Source: Candidatus Onthocola gallistercoris
Lineage (GTDB): Bacteria; Bacillota; Clostridia; Lachnospirales; Lachnospiraceae
Reading direction: 5' to 3'
Length of the DNA stretch: 64,000 nt
Assembly: GCA_018715345.1 (NCBI GenBank)
Contig: DVLT01000038.1
Span: forward strand, 7,614-71,613
Position 1 is the stretch's first letter; every line of letters starts with the position of its first letter. Shown in pieces: positions 20,012-29,619 of this stretch. The position numbers and the translations under genes are program-made. The notes beneath the pieces were generated by a model, which saw only the letters and a list, made by a program, of their open reading frames with translations, was not told the DNA's origin and searched no databases.

Positions 20012-21576
20012 GATCTGCCTCCTGTTCTGCCAAAGAGCAAGGAAAGCGACCGCAGATGGGCGGCTGTATCCGCTTTCAGGTCTTTGGACTGAAATCTCCA
20101 CGCCCAATTATTGCCGGCAACCCCCGGTATGTTCATCCGGGCTTTGCTGCCCAGTCCCAGTACATCCTGCAGCGGGAAGATCGCATATTTGGCCGTGGAG
20201 GACAGGGCTGCCCGAATAAAATCCCAGTGGACGCTGGAACCGTCCGTATTCATATAGCGGCGGACCTTGTCCCGGGAATCCTCGGAAGCCTGAGCATACC
20301 AGCCGATGGTGGTATCATTGTCATGGGTGCCTGTGTAGCATATACAGTTGCGGATAAAATTGTGGGGCAGGTAATTGTTTTCAGCCGTGTTGTCGAAGCC
20401 AAACTGGAGTACCCGCATACCAGGGAATCCGTAATGGTCGCGCAATGCTTCCACGGCAGGCGTGATGATCCCCAGGTCTTCGGCGATAATAGGCAGATGT
20501 TTGCCCAGAGCCTGGATGACCGCGTCAAAAAAGTCCGTCCCGGGACCAGTGACCCATTTCCCGTGGATGGCGGTTTCTTCGCCGTAAGGAATGGACCAGT
20601 AAGCTTCGAAACCACGGAAATGATCGATACGCAGCATATCAGTCAGCCGGAGTTGGTGACGGATCCGCCGGATCCACCACCGGTAACCGTCCTTCCGATG
20701 GTTTTTCCAAAGGTAGAGGGGATTGCCCCAAAGTTGTCCCGTGGCGCTGAAATAGTCCGGCGGCACGCCGGCCACAACGGTGGGAAAGCCGTTTTCATCC
20801 AGATTAAACAGCTGCTGGTCAGCCCACACATCGGCGCTGTCTAAAGCCACAAAGATCGGGATATCCCCGATGATCGTGATATGTTTGGAAGCGGCATAGT
20901 CCTTTAATTTCGCCCATTGTTTATAGAAAATATATTGGACAAACCGATAATAGTCGATGTCATCTGCCAGTTCCTGCCGGGCAATTTCAATGGATAGCGG
21001 TTCAAGTGTACGGTAGGGGACTTCCCACTGGCTCCAGGGTCTGCCGTCATGGGCGTCTTTTAACGCCATGAACAAGGCGTAATTATCCAGCCAGGAACCC
21101 TCTTTTTTGCAGAAAGCCTGAAATTCTTCCACATAAAGAAGGATAGGCGTCTGTTTAAAATGTTCATACGCTTTCCTCAGAAGGCGGGTCTTGAACAGGA
21201 TGGCCTCGCCATAATCCACATGGGTGTCGTCCCATTTGGGCATATCCGCCACGTCCTCCTCTGCCAGCAGCCCATCTTGGATGAGCAGATCCGGGCTGAT
21301 GATCAGCGGCTGCCCTGCAAAGGAAGAGAAAGACTGGTAAGGAGAATCGCCAAAACTGGTGGGACCAAGGGGCAGACACTGCCAGAGCGTCTGTCCGGCC
21401 GCTTCCAGAAAATCAATAAATCCATAAGCGCCTTCCCCCATGTCACCGATGCCGTATGGGGAAGGAAAAGATGTTGGATGGACAAGTATGCCGCTGTAGC
21501 GGCCGTTGTCTTCAGTAGGAAGGTTCACATGAATAACCTCTTTCTTAAATAATATTTGTTGTTTTATATTGTACAC
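20008..21576 (-). CDS. malQ: 4-alpha-glucanotransferase (amylomaltase, GH77)
   Basis: SGILVHPTSFPSPYGIGD, GDIPIFV, DHFRGF and YTGTHDN motifs. Both candidate starts are GTG (21576 or 21528); 21528 has the better AAAGAGG RBS. Confidence 0.9.
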   Translation of the reverse strand: MYNIKQQILFKKEVIHVNLPTEDNGRYSGILVHPTSFPSPYGIGDMGEGAYGFIDFLEAAGQTLWQCLPLGPTSFGDSPYQSFSSFAGQPLIISPDLLIQDGLLAEEDVADMPKWDDTHVDYGEAILFKTRLLRKAYEHFKQTPILLYVEEFQAFCKKEGSWLDNYALFMALKDAHDGRPWSQWEVPYRTLEPLSIEIARQELADDIDYYRFVQYIFYKQWAKLKDYAASKHITIIGDIPIFVALDSADVWADQQLFNLDENGFPTVVAGVPPDYFSATGQLWGNPLYLWKNHRKDGYRWWIRRIRHQLRLTDMLRIDHFRGFEAYWSIPYGEETAIHGKWVTGPGTDFFDAVIQALGKHLPIIAEDLGIITPAVEALRDHYGFPGMRVLQFGFDNTAENNYLPHNFIRNCICYTGTHDNDTTIGWYAQASEDSRDKVRRYMNTDGSSVHWDFIRAALSSTAKYAIFPLQDVLGLGSKARMNIPGVAGNNWAWRFQSKDLKADTAAHLRSLSLLFGRTGGRS

Positions 21577-22169
21577 GATTTTTTCAGCTTTTCATAGTAT
21601 TCTTCCAATGTCAGATGATTTTCCTCCATCCAACGGGCCAATTCCGGCCCCACATACCGGAGGTGCCAAGGTTCCCAGGCATATCCGGTCATGGATTCTT
21701 TTTCCGGCGGATAGCGGAAGATAAAGCCGAAAAGACAGGCATGGCCAAGGAGCCAATGATATTCCGGTGTGCGGGCAAATTCCTCGGTCAGCTGGGAACC
21801 GATAAAAGGTGAGGAAATATCCATGGCAAGACCGGTCTGGTGTTCGCTGGCCCCCGGCGGAGCAGAATAGCGGAGCGTATGTTCCTTGCCCATGGTTTTC
21901 AGGTTCGCTTCATATATTTCTTTTTGACGGTCATAAGAACGATAGCCGGAAACGGCAGTGAGGGGATGAAGCGATTCTTGCGCGGCGCGAAACAGCGTTT
22001 CCAATGCTTTTGCAGCGGGGAAACGCATATAGCGGCGCATATCCGCAGGATCGTCGGCAAAGGGAACGTTTACCGGGATCAGATCCAAAGGAATATCGTT
22101 CCGGGAGAGGGGATGACTTTTATTGACGAGGATAGTAATGGAAGGATCAAAGGGAAAATGTATGCTCAT
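21564..22169 (-). CDS. VanY/M15B-family D-alanyl-D-alanine carboxypeptidase
   Basis: SGYRSY, SEHQTGLAMDI and EPWHLRYVG zinc-peptidase motifs. Confidence 0.8.
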   Translation of the reverse strand: MSIHFPFDPSITILVNKSHPLSRNDIPLDLIPVNVPFADDPADMRRYMRFPAAKALETLFRAAQESLHPLTAVSGYRSYDRQKEIYEANLKTMGKEHTLRYSAPPGASEHQTGLAMDISSPFIGSQLTEEFARTPEYHWLLGHACLFGFIFRYPPEKESMTGYAWEPWHLRYVGPELARWMEENHLTLEEYYEKLKKSCTI

Positions 22170-22271
22170 GAATGGTGGGCTCCGTTACTTTTTTACAGTA
22201 TATGCAGAAAAACGGAGAACATTGTACAGACTTTCCGAATAGGCTGTCATAGATGAAAAAAGGAGGCTGTT

Positions 22272-22637
22272 ATGAATTATCAGACACTGCATCAAATGAA
22301 TCTGCAGAGTATTTTCGGCGAAAATCCCTGGGAACAGGAAGACACATTTTTAAAAGACCGGGCATACAGAAAGCGTATGTTTTCGGATACGTGCCGTCAG
22401 ATGTGCGATCATGTGGCGGATGTGTGTGACAGTGAGGAGTACGACGGCAGCTGTATGTATGATGAGTATCCGGATCCGACAGCCATCGAGCGTTTGGCGC
22501 AGAAAGCCTATGCCAAGTGCGGTTCCCCGGAACCATCGGATATGTGTCGGAATATGGTAACAGCACTTTTATACGACGAAATCTGTTATCGGAGATGCCG
22601 GCGCAGGAATTTCAAAAGGCGGCTGCAGCCAAGATAA
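22272..22637 (+). CDS. Hypothetical Cys-rich acidic protein with a basic tail
   Basis: ORF with an AGGAGG RBS. No family recognised. Confidence 0.4.
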   Translation: MNYQTLHQMNLQSIFGENPWEQEDTFLKDRAYRKRMFSDTCRQMCDHVADVCDSEEYDGSCMYDEYPDPTAIERLAQKAYAKCGSPEPSDMCRNMVTALLYDEICYRRCRRRNFKRRLQPR

Positions 22638-22750
22638 ATTTACCCTTGCGGAGTAAGGGGCCATCCTGTTATACTTAGGATAGATAAATGGGAATCCATA
22701 CCCCGTAGTCCGCTACGGGGTATCTTGATTATCTGAAGGGATGAATCAGA

Positions 22751-23932
22751 ATGGAAGTTCTTATGAATATATTGACAGAGACGTTGACAGAAGATCTGTC
22801 CGAGATGACCATGAGCGGCCGAAGGGGGGCCGGGGATGTGAAAAAGATCCACATCCGACCGGTGCTGATGAAGGACGGGCTCATGTTCCAGGCCGCCTCT
22901 TATACGGAGAATAAAGTCTATCACAGGAACCTGACGGCACAGGATATGATCCCGTGGCTGGCAGAAGAGATGAAGGAGCATTACAGACAGCTCCAGATAC
23001 GGACCAAAGACCGGATGATCACAGTATTGTGCAGCAAAAAAGGAAAGGTGACGGTCAGACAGAAACAGACCGCGCCGGTCTGCTTGGCCCCCATGGCCCA
23101 TAACCGGCAGAAGCAGTACATTTTGCCTGAAGGTATCCCGATCCCCTTTTTGGTGGATCTTGGCGTCATGAGTCCGGAAGGAAAGATCATCCGCAAAAAA
23201 TATGATAAATACCGTCAGATCAATCGATTTTTGGAATTTATCCAGGATATCCTGCAGGATCTTAAAAAGATGGCGGGAAACAGGCCGATGACCATCATCG
23301 ATTTTGGCTGCGGCAAATCCTATCTGACATTTGCCATGTACTATTATCTTCATATTATGAATCATTGCCAAGTGCGTATGATCGGCCTGGATCTGAAGGA
23401 AGATGTGATCCGCCATTGCAATGAACTGAGGGATCGGTACGGATATGACCATCTGGAATTTTTACAGAGCGATATTGCAGATTATGAAGGCGTTTCCAGA
23501 GTGGACATGGTGGTGACCCTCCATGCCTGTGATACGGCCACCGATCATGCTCTTTATAAAGCCATTTGCTGGAATGCGGGGGTCATACTGTCTGTGCCTT
23601 GCTGCCAGCATGAACTGAACGGCCAGATGGCCTGCGATACATTGGAACCGGTATTAAAGTACGGACTGATAAAAGAGCGTATGGCTGCACTGGTAACAGA
23701 TGGCCTGCGAGGGCGGCTGCTGGAAGCGGCTGGTTATAAAACCCAGTTACTGGAATTTATCGACATGGAGCATACGCCGAAAAACATTCTGATCCGGGCG
23801 ACACGGCAAGTGGCGCAGGCCAGGACAGCGCTGGAAGATGGGAAGGACATGGCAGATTATGATGCCTGCTGCAGGATGCTCCATGTGCAAGGAACTCTGG
23901 ATCGTTTGATGCGTCCGGGATACAGGAGCTGA
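22751..23932 (+). CDS. Class I SAM-dependent methyltransferase
   Basis: IIDFGCGKSYL glycine-rich SAM-binding motif. Confidence 0.7.
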   Translation: MEVLMNILTETLTEDLSEMTMSGRRGAGDVKKIHIRPVLMKDGLMFQAASYTENKVYHRNLTAQDMIPWLAEEMKEHYRQLQIRTKDRMITVLCSKKGKVTVRQKQTAPVCLAPMAHNRQKQYILPEGIPIPFLVDLGVMSPEGKIIRKKYDKYRQINRFLEFIQDILQDLKKMAGNRPMTIIDFGCGKSYLTFAMYYYLHIMNHCQVRMIGLDLKEDVIRHCNELRDRYGYDHLEFLQSDIADYEGVSRVDMVVTLHACDTATDHALYKAICWNAGVILSVPCCQHELNGQMACDTLEPVLKYGLIKERMAALVTDGLRGRLLEAAGYKTQLLEFIDMEHTPKNILIRATRQVAQARTALEDGKDMADYDACCRMLHVQGTLDRLMRPGYRS

Positions 23933-23939
23933 TATAGAT

Positions 23940-26492
23940 ATGAAAAGACATAAAAAGATCATAGGGATCACAGGATTTTATATATTATCTTTTATCGTGG
24001 CTGTTTTTTTATTCGGATATATTTTAAATTACAGCAGTACCCATCCGGCCAGAGGCCAGGGCTCCACTTCGCTGGCAAAACTCAGCGTGAAAAGCAGCGG
24101 TATGGAGTTGAACAAGATGTACGGTTTTGCCCAGGAAATGTCTCAGGAATATTTGCGTACATGCATTACCCCTGTTTCGGATAATCAGACGATCGTGCTG
24201 AAAGTGGAAGAAGGGGACAGCGCGGTGGACAGTATCCGTTATATCCTTTATGACGATACCGGTGAGAACGAACTGGAAAATGGAGAATGTGAAGCGATCC
24301 AGTGGGTCGAAGGGGAAAAGCAGACCCAGCTTCGGCTGAACACCGGGTTGGATCGGCGGGAAGAGTATTGCCTGAAATTGATCGTGAGAGATGAAAATGG
24401 TGAAGAATATAACTATTATACCCGTGTGATCAGCGGTTCCGATGTGCTGGCTTACGATAAGCTCCAGTTTGCCTTGGATTTTCACAGCGCGACCTTCCAA
24501 AAGGAATCTGCAGAACGACTTGCCGATTACCTGGGGGTTTACGACAGCACTTACGGCAGAGATTTCCGCCATGTCAACCTCCATTCCGGAAGCGATCTGA
24601 TCACCTGGGGTGAGTTGGCTCCGGTGATCGAAGGCGATGTGGATATCACCATCAAAGGCCTGGACAGGCAGTCGGCCCAAATCCAGCTTATTTATACCGT
24701 GTCTGCGACGGATGATGAGGGAAAAAGTTATGAATATATGGTGACAGAACTGTATGATGTCGTTCAGTCCGGCAGCGATATACGGCTGTCGGATTACAGT
24801 CGGACCATGGAGGAGAAGCTGGATCGGACATCCTTTATCTTTTCGGATGATCAGCTCCGGGTCGGCATGATCGATGAGGACAGTCTGGATCTGCATATTT
24901 TCGGCATCCAGGAACCGGAAGTGACGGAGACAGAAACAGCTGCGGAAGGGGAGACAACAGCAGAGGATACCATCGAATATAACACTTATATCAGTTTTGT
25001 GGGTGATGGACGCCTGTGGGTATATAACACAAAAGACAACATTCTGAACCAGGCATTTTCCTTTGAAGGGGATACGCCGTCCGATACCCGGGATGCCAGT
25101 TATCTGAACCATGGCATACGGGTGATCCGGACAGAGGACAACGGCGATATGTTTTTTATCGTTTATGGCTATATTTATAATGGGACCGGAGAAGGCCATT
25201 TTGGTATTCAGGTGAATGAATATTCCATGCAGGATAACACGTCCTCGGAACTGCTTTTTATTCCTTATGACAAGAGTTTCCAGATGCTGCGTCAGGATAT
25301 TGAGACAATGGCCTTCATGGATGGCAATGGTCAGTTATATTTGTGTCTGGAAGATACATTGTATTGTTTTGACGTATATATGAAAACCTATGAAACAGCC
25401 TTTGAGCAGGTCCTGGAATCCGGATGCGATATTTCCGGCAGCGAACAGAGTTTCGTATATGCGGACAATCCGGATGGGGACGGTAAGGCCGAAAACCTCA
25501 TCTGGATGGATCTGGAAACCGGCGAGAGCAAAACCATCTCATCAGAAGGACGATTGGAAAAACAGATCGGTTTCCTGGAGAGTGATTATGTGTATGGCGT
25601 CTACAGCAGTGATGGATCCCGTATGGAAAGCTTGCGTGTTGTGGATGAAGATCTGAATATTGTGAGAGAATATACAGTGGATAACGGTTATATCACCGAT
25701 GCGCAGATACAAGATACGGTTCTGACGATCCACCGGGCAGACAACAGCGGCCAGACTATGGCAGACGATTTCATTTTGAAATACGACAGTTCCGGTCAGG
25801 TGATCAACGCCCAAACGATCAGCGCGGGAGAACGTATGCAGGAAACGGCGATCGCCACAAATGAATATGGTTATGATACGCCGATCGTCCAGACTGCCAG
25901 AGTTGTGGTCGCCTATCGGGATACGACGATGGATTTTTCTTTGGGCGACCAGGAGTTTGCCGGTTTTTACGTATATAATCAGGATCGTCTGCAAAAGTTC
26001 AATACCTTTGCCCAAGCATATACGGCGGCTCTGGCCAATGGGGGCAAGGTGGAGGACAGCAGCGGAAAGACGATCTGCCATCCCAATACAGTCAATGAGA
26101 CGGATCTGGACGGTTATGAGATCGCCCAGTCAGATACACAAGAAGGCCAGATGCAGGCAGTGATCCAGTGGCTGATGACCTATGAGTCCCAGGAGGGGAC
26201 TCCGGCGATCGACACAACAGATATGGCAGAAGCAATGTCAGCGAATCTGCCGAATGTCCATGTGGTGGATATGACAGGCATCGGGTTGGATGACGCTCTG
26301 GCCATGGTGACGGAAGGTTATCCTCTGGTGGTAAAAAATTCCGAGGGCCGCTGGTGCGTTGTGGAAGGCTATACAAACGGTTACATTATCATCGCGGACC
26401 CGGGCGACGGTACGGTTTCGGGCTATGAAGAGGCCTATGCCATCGCGGGTATCGCGTCATCGGGCAATGTGATCTACAGCTATTACCGATAA
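23940..26492 (+). CDS. Large hypothetical membrane-anchored extracytoplasmic protein
   Basis: One N-terminal TM segment followed by about 800 acidic residues that look beta-rich. The C-terminal ~110 aa are vaguely like a papain/C39 fold, but without a clear Cys/His pair. Confidence 0.45.
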   Translation: MKRHKKIIGITGFYILSFIVAVFLFGYILNYSSTHPARGQGSTSLAKLSVKSSGMELNKMYGFAQEMSQEYLRTCITPVSDNQTIVLKVEEGDSAVDSIRYILYDDTGENELENGECEAIQWVEGEKQTQLRLNTGLDRREEYCLKLIVRDENGEEYNYYTRVISGSDVLAYDKLQFALDFHSATFQKESAERLADYLGVYDSTYGRDFRHVNLHSGSDLITWGELAPVIEGDVDITIKGLDRQSAQIQLIYTVSATDDEGKSYEYMVTELYDVVQSGSDIRLSDYSRTMEEKLDRTSFIFSDDQLRVGMIDEDSLDLHIFGIQEPEVTETETAAEGETTAEDTIEYNTYISFVGDGRLWVYNTKDNILNQAFSFEGDTPSDTRDASYLNHGIRVIRTEDNGDMFFIVYGYIYNGTGEGHFGIQVNEYSMQDNTSSELLFIPYDKSFQMLRQDIETMAFMDGNGQLYLCLEDTLYCFDVYMKTYETAFEQVLESGCDISGSEQSFVYADNPDGDGKAENLIWMDLETGESKTISSEGRLEKQIGFLESDYVYGVYSSDGSRMESLRVVDEDLNIVREYTVDNGYITDAQIQDTVLTIHRADNSGQTMADDFILKYDSSGQVINAQTISAGERMQETAIATNEYGYDTPIVQTARVVVAYRDTTMDFSLGDQEFAGFYVYNQDRLQKFNTFAQAYTAALANGGKVEDSSGKTICHPNTVNETDLDGYEIAQSDTQEGQMQAVIQWLMTYESQEGTPAIDTTDMAEAMSANLPNVHVVDMTGIGLDDALAMVTEGYPLVVKNSEGRWCVVEGYTNGYIIIADPGDGTVSGYEEAYAIAGIASSGNVIYSYYR

Positions 26493-26540
26493 CAGTCACA
26501 GGATACGCTGGTAATATCCAGACGATCATAAGGAGAGGCT

Positions 26541-27815
26541 ATGGGAGATAATTTTATACTGCGGGGGGATATATGCTGGAGCACCGGACCGGATACGATG
26601 GAGACAGTGCGGAATGGCTGGATCGTATGTGAAGAAGGCAAATGCGCCGGTGTATTCACCCGACTGCCGGAACAATATAAAGGACTGCCGGTTACAGATA
26701 CCGGCGGGCAGCTGATCGTTCCCGGACTGACAGATCTTCATCTGCACGCACCCCAGTATACCTTCCGGGGAATGGGGACGGATCTGGAACTTTTGGATTG
26801 GCTGGAAAATCATACATTTCCTGAAGAAGAAAGATATGAGGACATGTCGTATGCGTCAAAGGCCTATGACATTTTCGCCCAGGATCTGAAAAACAGCCCT
26901 ACAACACGGGCCTGTGTGTTTGCCACGGTGCATCGGGAAGCTACAGAGTATCTTATGGAGGCTCTGGAACAGACCGGACTGTGTACCTATGTGGGGAAAG
27001 TGAACATGGACAGAAATGCGCCGAAAGCGCTGTGCGAAGGCGGCGCAGCCGCTTCAGCAAAAGAGACGCGAAGATGGCTGGAGGATATCCGGGGAAGATT
27101 TTCCCATACCCGCCCCATACTGACGCCCAGGTTTGTGCCTGCCTGTTCCGATGAACTGATGGGTGAACTGGCAAAGATACGAGAAGAATGGAACTTGCCG
27201 GTCCAGTCCCATTTGTCGGAAAACCAAAGCGAGGTGGAATGGGTAAAGGAACTTATGCCGGAGGCTGAATTTTATGGAGATGCCTATGACCGGTTTGGGC
27301 TTTTTGGCGGTGCTGGCCCGGCGATCATGGCCCACTGTGTCTGGTCCGATGACAGGGAGATGGGGCGGATGAAAGACCGGGGCGTCCATATTGCCCATTG
27401 CCCCCAGTCCAATATGAATCTGTCCTCTGGGATCGCGCCGGTGAAGAAATATCTGTCCTCCGGTTTACGGCTGGGACTGGGAAGCGATATGGCCGGAGGA
27501 TATCATCTGTCTATTTTCCGTGCCATGCTGGAAGCTGTACAGGTATCCAAGCTTCGTTGGCGGCTGGTGGATCAGGACCTGGCTCCGCTGACCCTTAAAG
27601 AGGCTTTTTATATAGGAACTAAAGGTGGCGGGAGCTTTTTCGGGAAAGTGGGAAGCTTTGAAAAAGGCTATGCTTTCGATGCTGTGGTCATGGATGACCG
27701 GGGCATCCGGACCGCCAGAGACCTGTCAGTAAAAGCGCGGGTAGAAAGAATGATCTGTATGTCTGAGCAGTGCACGATGACTGCCAAGTATGCAGAAGGA
27801 CGGCGTATTTGCTGA
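26541..27815 (+). CDS. guaD: Guanine deaminase (amidohydrolase superfamily)
   Basis: PGLTDLHLHAPQ, HLSEN and AHCPQSNMNLSSG motifs. AAGGAGAGG RBS. Confidence 0.75.
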   Translation: MGDNFILRGDICWSTGPDTMETVRNGWIVCEEGKCAGVFTRLPEQYKGLPVTDTGGQLIVPGLTDLHLHAPQYTFRGMGTDLELLDWLENHTFPEEERYEDMSYASKAYDIFAQDLKNSPTTRACVFATVHREATEYLMEALEQTGLCTYVGKVNMDRNAPKALCEGGAAASAKETRRWLEDIRGRFSHTRPILTPRFVPACSDELMGELAKIREEWNLPVQSHLSENQSEVEWVKELMPEAEFYGDAYDRFGLFGGAGPAIMAHCVWSDDREMGRMKDRGVHIAHCPQSNMNLSSGIAPVKKYLSSGLRLGLGSDMAGGYHLSIFRAMLEAVQVSKLRWRLVDQDLAPLTLKEAFYIGTKGGGSFFGKVGSFEKGYAFDAVVMDDRGIRTARDLSVKARVERMICMSEQCTMTAKYAEGRRIC

Positions 27816-27835
27816 CATGCAGAGGAGGAAATGAG

Positions 27836-29215
27836 ATGAAGGAACAAACACTGTGTGAGAAACTGTTCCATTTAAAGGAAAATGGAACAAATGTAAAGAC
27901 GGAAGTCATAGCAGGTGTGACCACGTTTATGACCATGGCTTATATCTTGGCGGTCAACCCATCGATTTTGAGTGCGGCCGGTATGGATTCCGGCGCTGTT
28001 TTTACAGCAACGGCCCTGGCGGCGTGTGCGGCAACGATCATGATGGCTGCGTTTTCCAATTATCCGTTTGCCTTGGCTCCCGGTATGGGGTTGAATGCTT
28101 ATTTTGCATTTACTGTGGTGGGACAGATGGGATATTCGTGGGAAATGGCTTTGGCCGCCGTTTTTATCGAAGGACTGATCTTCATACTGCTTTCCCTGAC
28201 CAATGTGCGGGAAGCGATCTTTAATGCCATTCCCATGCCGTTAAAATATGCGGTATCCGCCGGTATCGGCTTATATATAGCCCTCATCGGTCTGGAAAAT
28301 GCGGGGGTGGTCGTGGGGAATGAGTCCACTTTGATCGCCATGTTCAGCTTTAAAACATCCCTTGCCGACGGGACTTTTTCAACAGCCGGTATCACGGTTT
28401 TGCTCACATTGATCGGTGTGCTGATCACCGCATTTTTGATGATCAAAAAAGTTAAAGGAAACATACTTTGGGGTATTTTTATCACATGGGCTCTTGGGAT
28501 CATCTGTCAGTTCATCGGTTTATATCAGCCGGATGGGGTCGATTATGCCAGCCTCCTTCCGGATTTTTCCAAGGGATTTTCCATACCGAGTCTGGCTCCC
28601 ACATTTATGCATATGGATTTTTCCAGAGTCTTTTCTCTGGATTTTCTGGTCATCATGTTTGCCTTCCTATTTGTGGATGTGTTTGACACACTGGGTACAT
28701 TGATCGGTGTGGCTTCCAAAGCAGACATGCTGGATAAAGATGGGAAGCTTCCCCGCATCCGGGGCGCGCTTTTGGCGGATGCTGTGGGAACAGCAGTCGG
28801 AGCGGTGCTTGGCACCTCCACCACTACAACGTTTGTGGAAAGCGCTTCCGGCGTGGCGGAAGGCGGACGGACAGGGCTGACTTCCATAGTGACAGCCATA
28901 CTGTTCGGTTTGGCTCTGTTTTTATCCCCCATCTTTTTGGCGATCCCATCTTTTGCGACGGCGCCGGCGCTGATCATCGTTGGTTTCCTGATGATCTCGT
29001 CCATCGTTAAGATCGATTTTGACAGCCCGACCGATGCGGTTCCGGCCTTTATCACCCTGATCGCCATGCCTTTTATGTACAGCATTTCGGAAGGTATCGC
29101 TCTGGGCGTCATCTCTTATGTTGTATTGAATCTGATTTCCGGTAAGGCAAAGAAGATCACGCCGCTTATGTATGTACTTGCCATACTTTTTGTATTGAAA
29201 TATATACTTGTATAA
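27836..29215 (+). CDS. NCS2/AzgA-family adenine-guanine-hypoxanthine permease
   Basis: TEVIAGVTTFMTMAYILAVNP N-terminus and about 12 TM helices. ATG 27836 follows GAGGAGGA. Confidence 0.85.
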   Translation: MKEQTLCEKLFHLKENGTNVKTEVIAGVTTFMTMAYILAVNPSILSAAGMDSGAVFTATALAACAATIMMAAFSNYPFALAPGMGLNAYFAFTVVGQMGYSWEMALAAVFIEGLIFILLSLTNVREAIFNAIPMPLKYAVSAGIGLYIALIGLENAGVVVGNESTLIAMFSFKTSLADGTFSTAGITVLLTLIGVLITAFLMIKKVKGNILWGIFITWALGIICQFIGLYQPDGVDYASLLPDFSKGFSIPSLAPTFMHMDFSRVFSLDFLVIMFAFLFVDVFDTLGTLIGVASKADMLDKDGKLPRIRGALLADAVGTAVGAVLGTSTTTTFVESASGVAEGGRTGLTSIVTAILFGLALFLSPIFLAIPSFATAPALIIVGFLMISSIVKIDFDSPTDAVPAFITLIAMPFMYSISEGIALGVISYVVLNLISGKAKKITPLMYVLAILFVLKYILV

Positions 29216-29333
29216 GGCAGAGCGCAGAATGGCCTTCATTACGTTCCCTTAGCGCGGATGACCGTTGCAGGGGTGTTATGCTGACATGAAGCGTTTTATA
29301 TTGAACTTGAACGGAAAGAAATAGAATTTTTTT

Positions 29334-29412
29334 GCCGGCAGACGAGGCCGGTCTCCCAATTTGGATGAGATATCTGATGCTCGGGAGGCCGGCTTTGTCT
29401 GCTGGCTTTTTT
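29334..29412 (+). terminator. Long compound hairpin terminator after the permease gene
   Basis: Outer arms GCCGGCAGAC and GTCTGCTGGC, inner arms GGTCTCCC and GGGAGGCC, followed by TTTTTTG. Confidence 0.55.
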
Positions 29413-29473
29413 GTTATTTCTTTGGAAGGTATGCATGGATTTTAGGATCATGGATGCGGCAGAAAAATATATG

Positions 29474-29524
29474 TGGTATAATGATCACACAAAGTGTGAT
29501 CCAGGCCGATATGTATCGGCCTGG
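29474..29524 (+). promoter_or_regulatory. Extended -10 promoter followed by two perfect palindromes (candidate operators or leader hairpins) of the xanthine dehydrogenase operon
   Basis: TGGTATAAT at 29474-29482. GATCACAC-AAA-GTGTGATC at 29483-29501. CCAGGCCGAT-ATGT-ATCGGCCTGG at 29501-29524. Confidence 0.45.
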
Positions 29525-29619
29525 TGCAGTGAGATATGGGAGAGAGGGGCCGCCGATGTATGCCGGCGTATATTCTAAAGACTAGAAGAGACAAGGACTT
29601 GAAAACAAGGGGGTATTTT

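Noticed and set aside
23940-26492. Idea that the C-terminal papain/C39-like tail of the 850-aa protein supplies the missing LanT-type leader peptidase
   Set aside because: The gene lies 17 kb away in an unrelated transcription unit and has no ABC domains. I cannot identify a Cys/His catalytic pair with confidence, and the peptide lacks a double-glycine site anyway.
29216-29619. Purine or Moco riboswitch in the 400-nt spacer before the xanthine dehydrogenase genes
   Set aside because: I could not find the purine three-way-junction core or the Moco conserved elements. The first half folds as a terminator for the permease gene, and the rest contains only simple palindromes.
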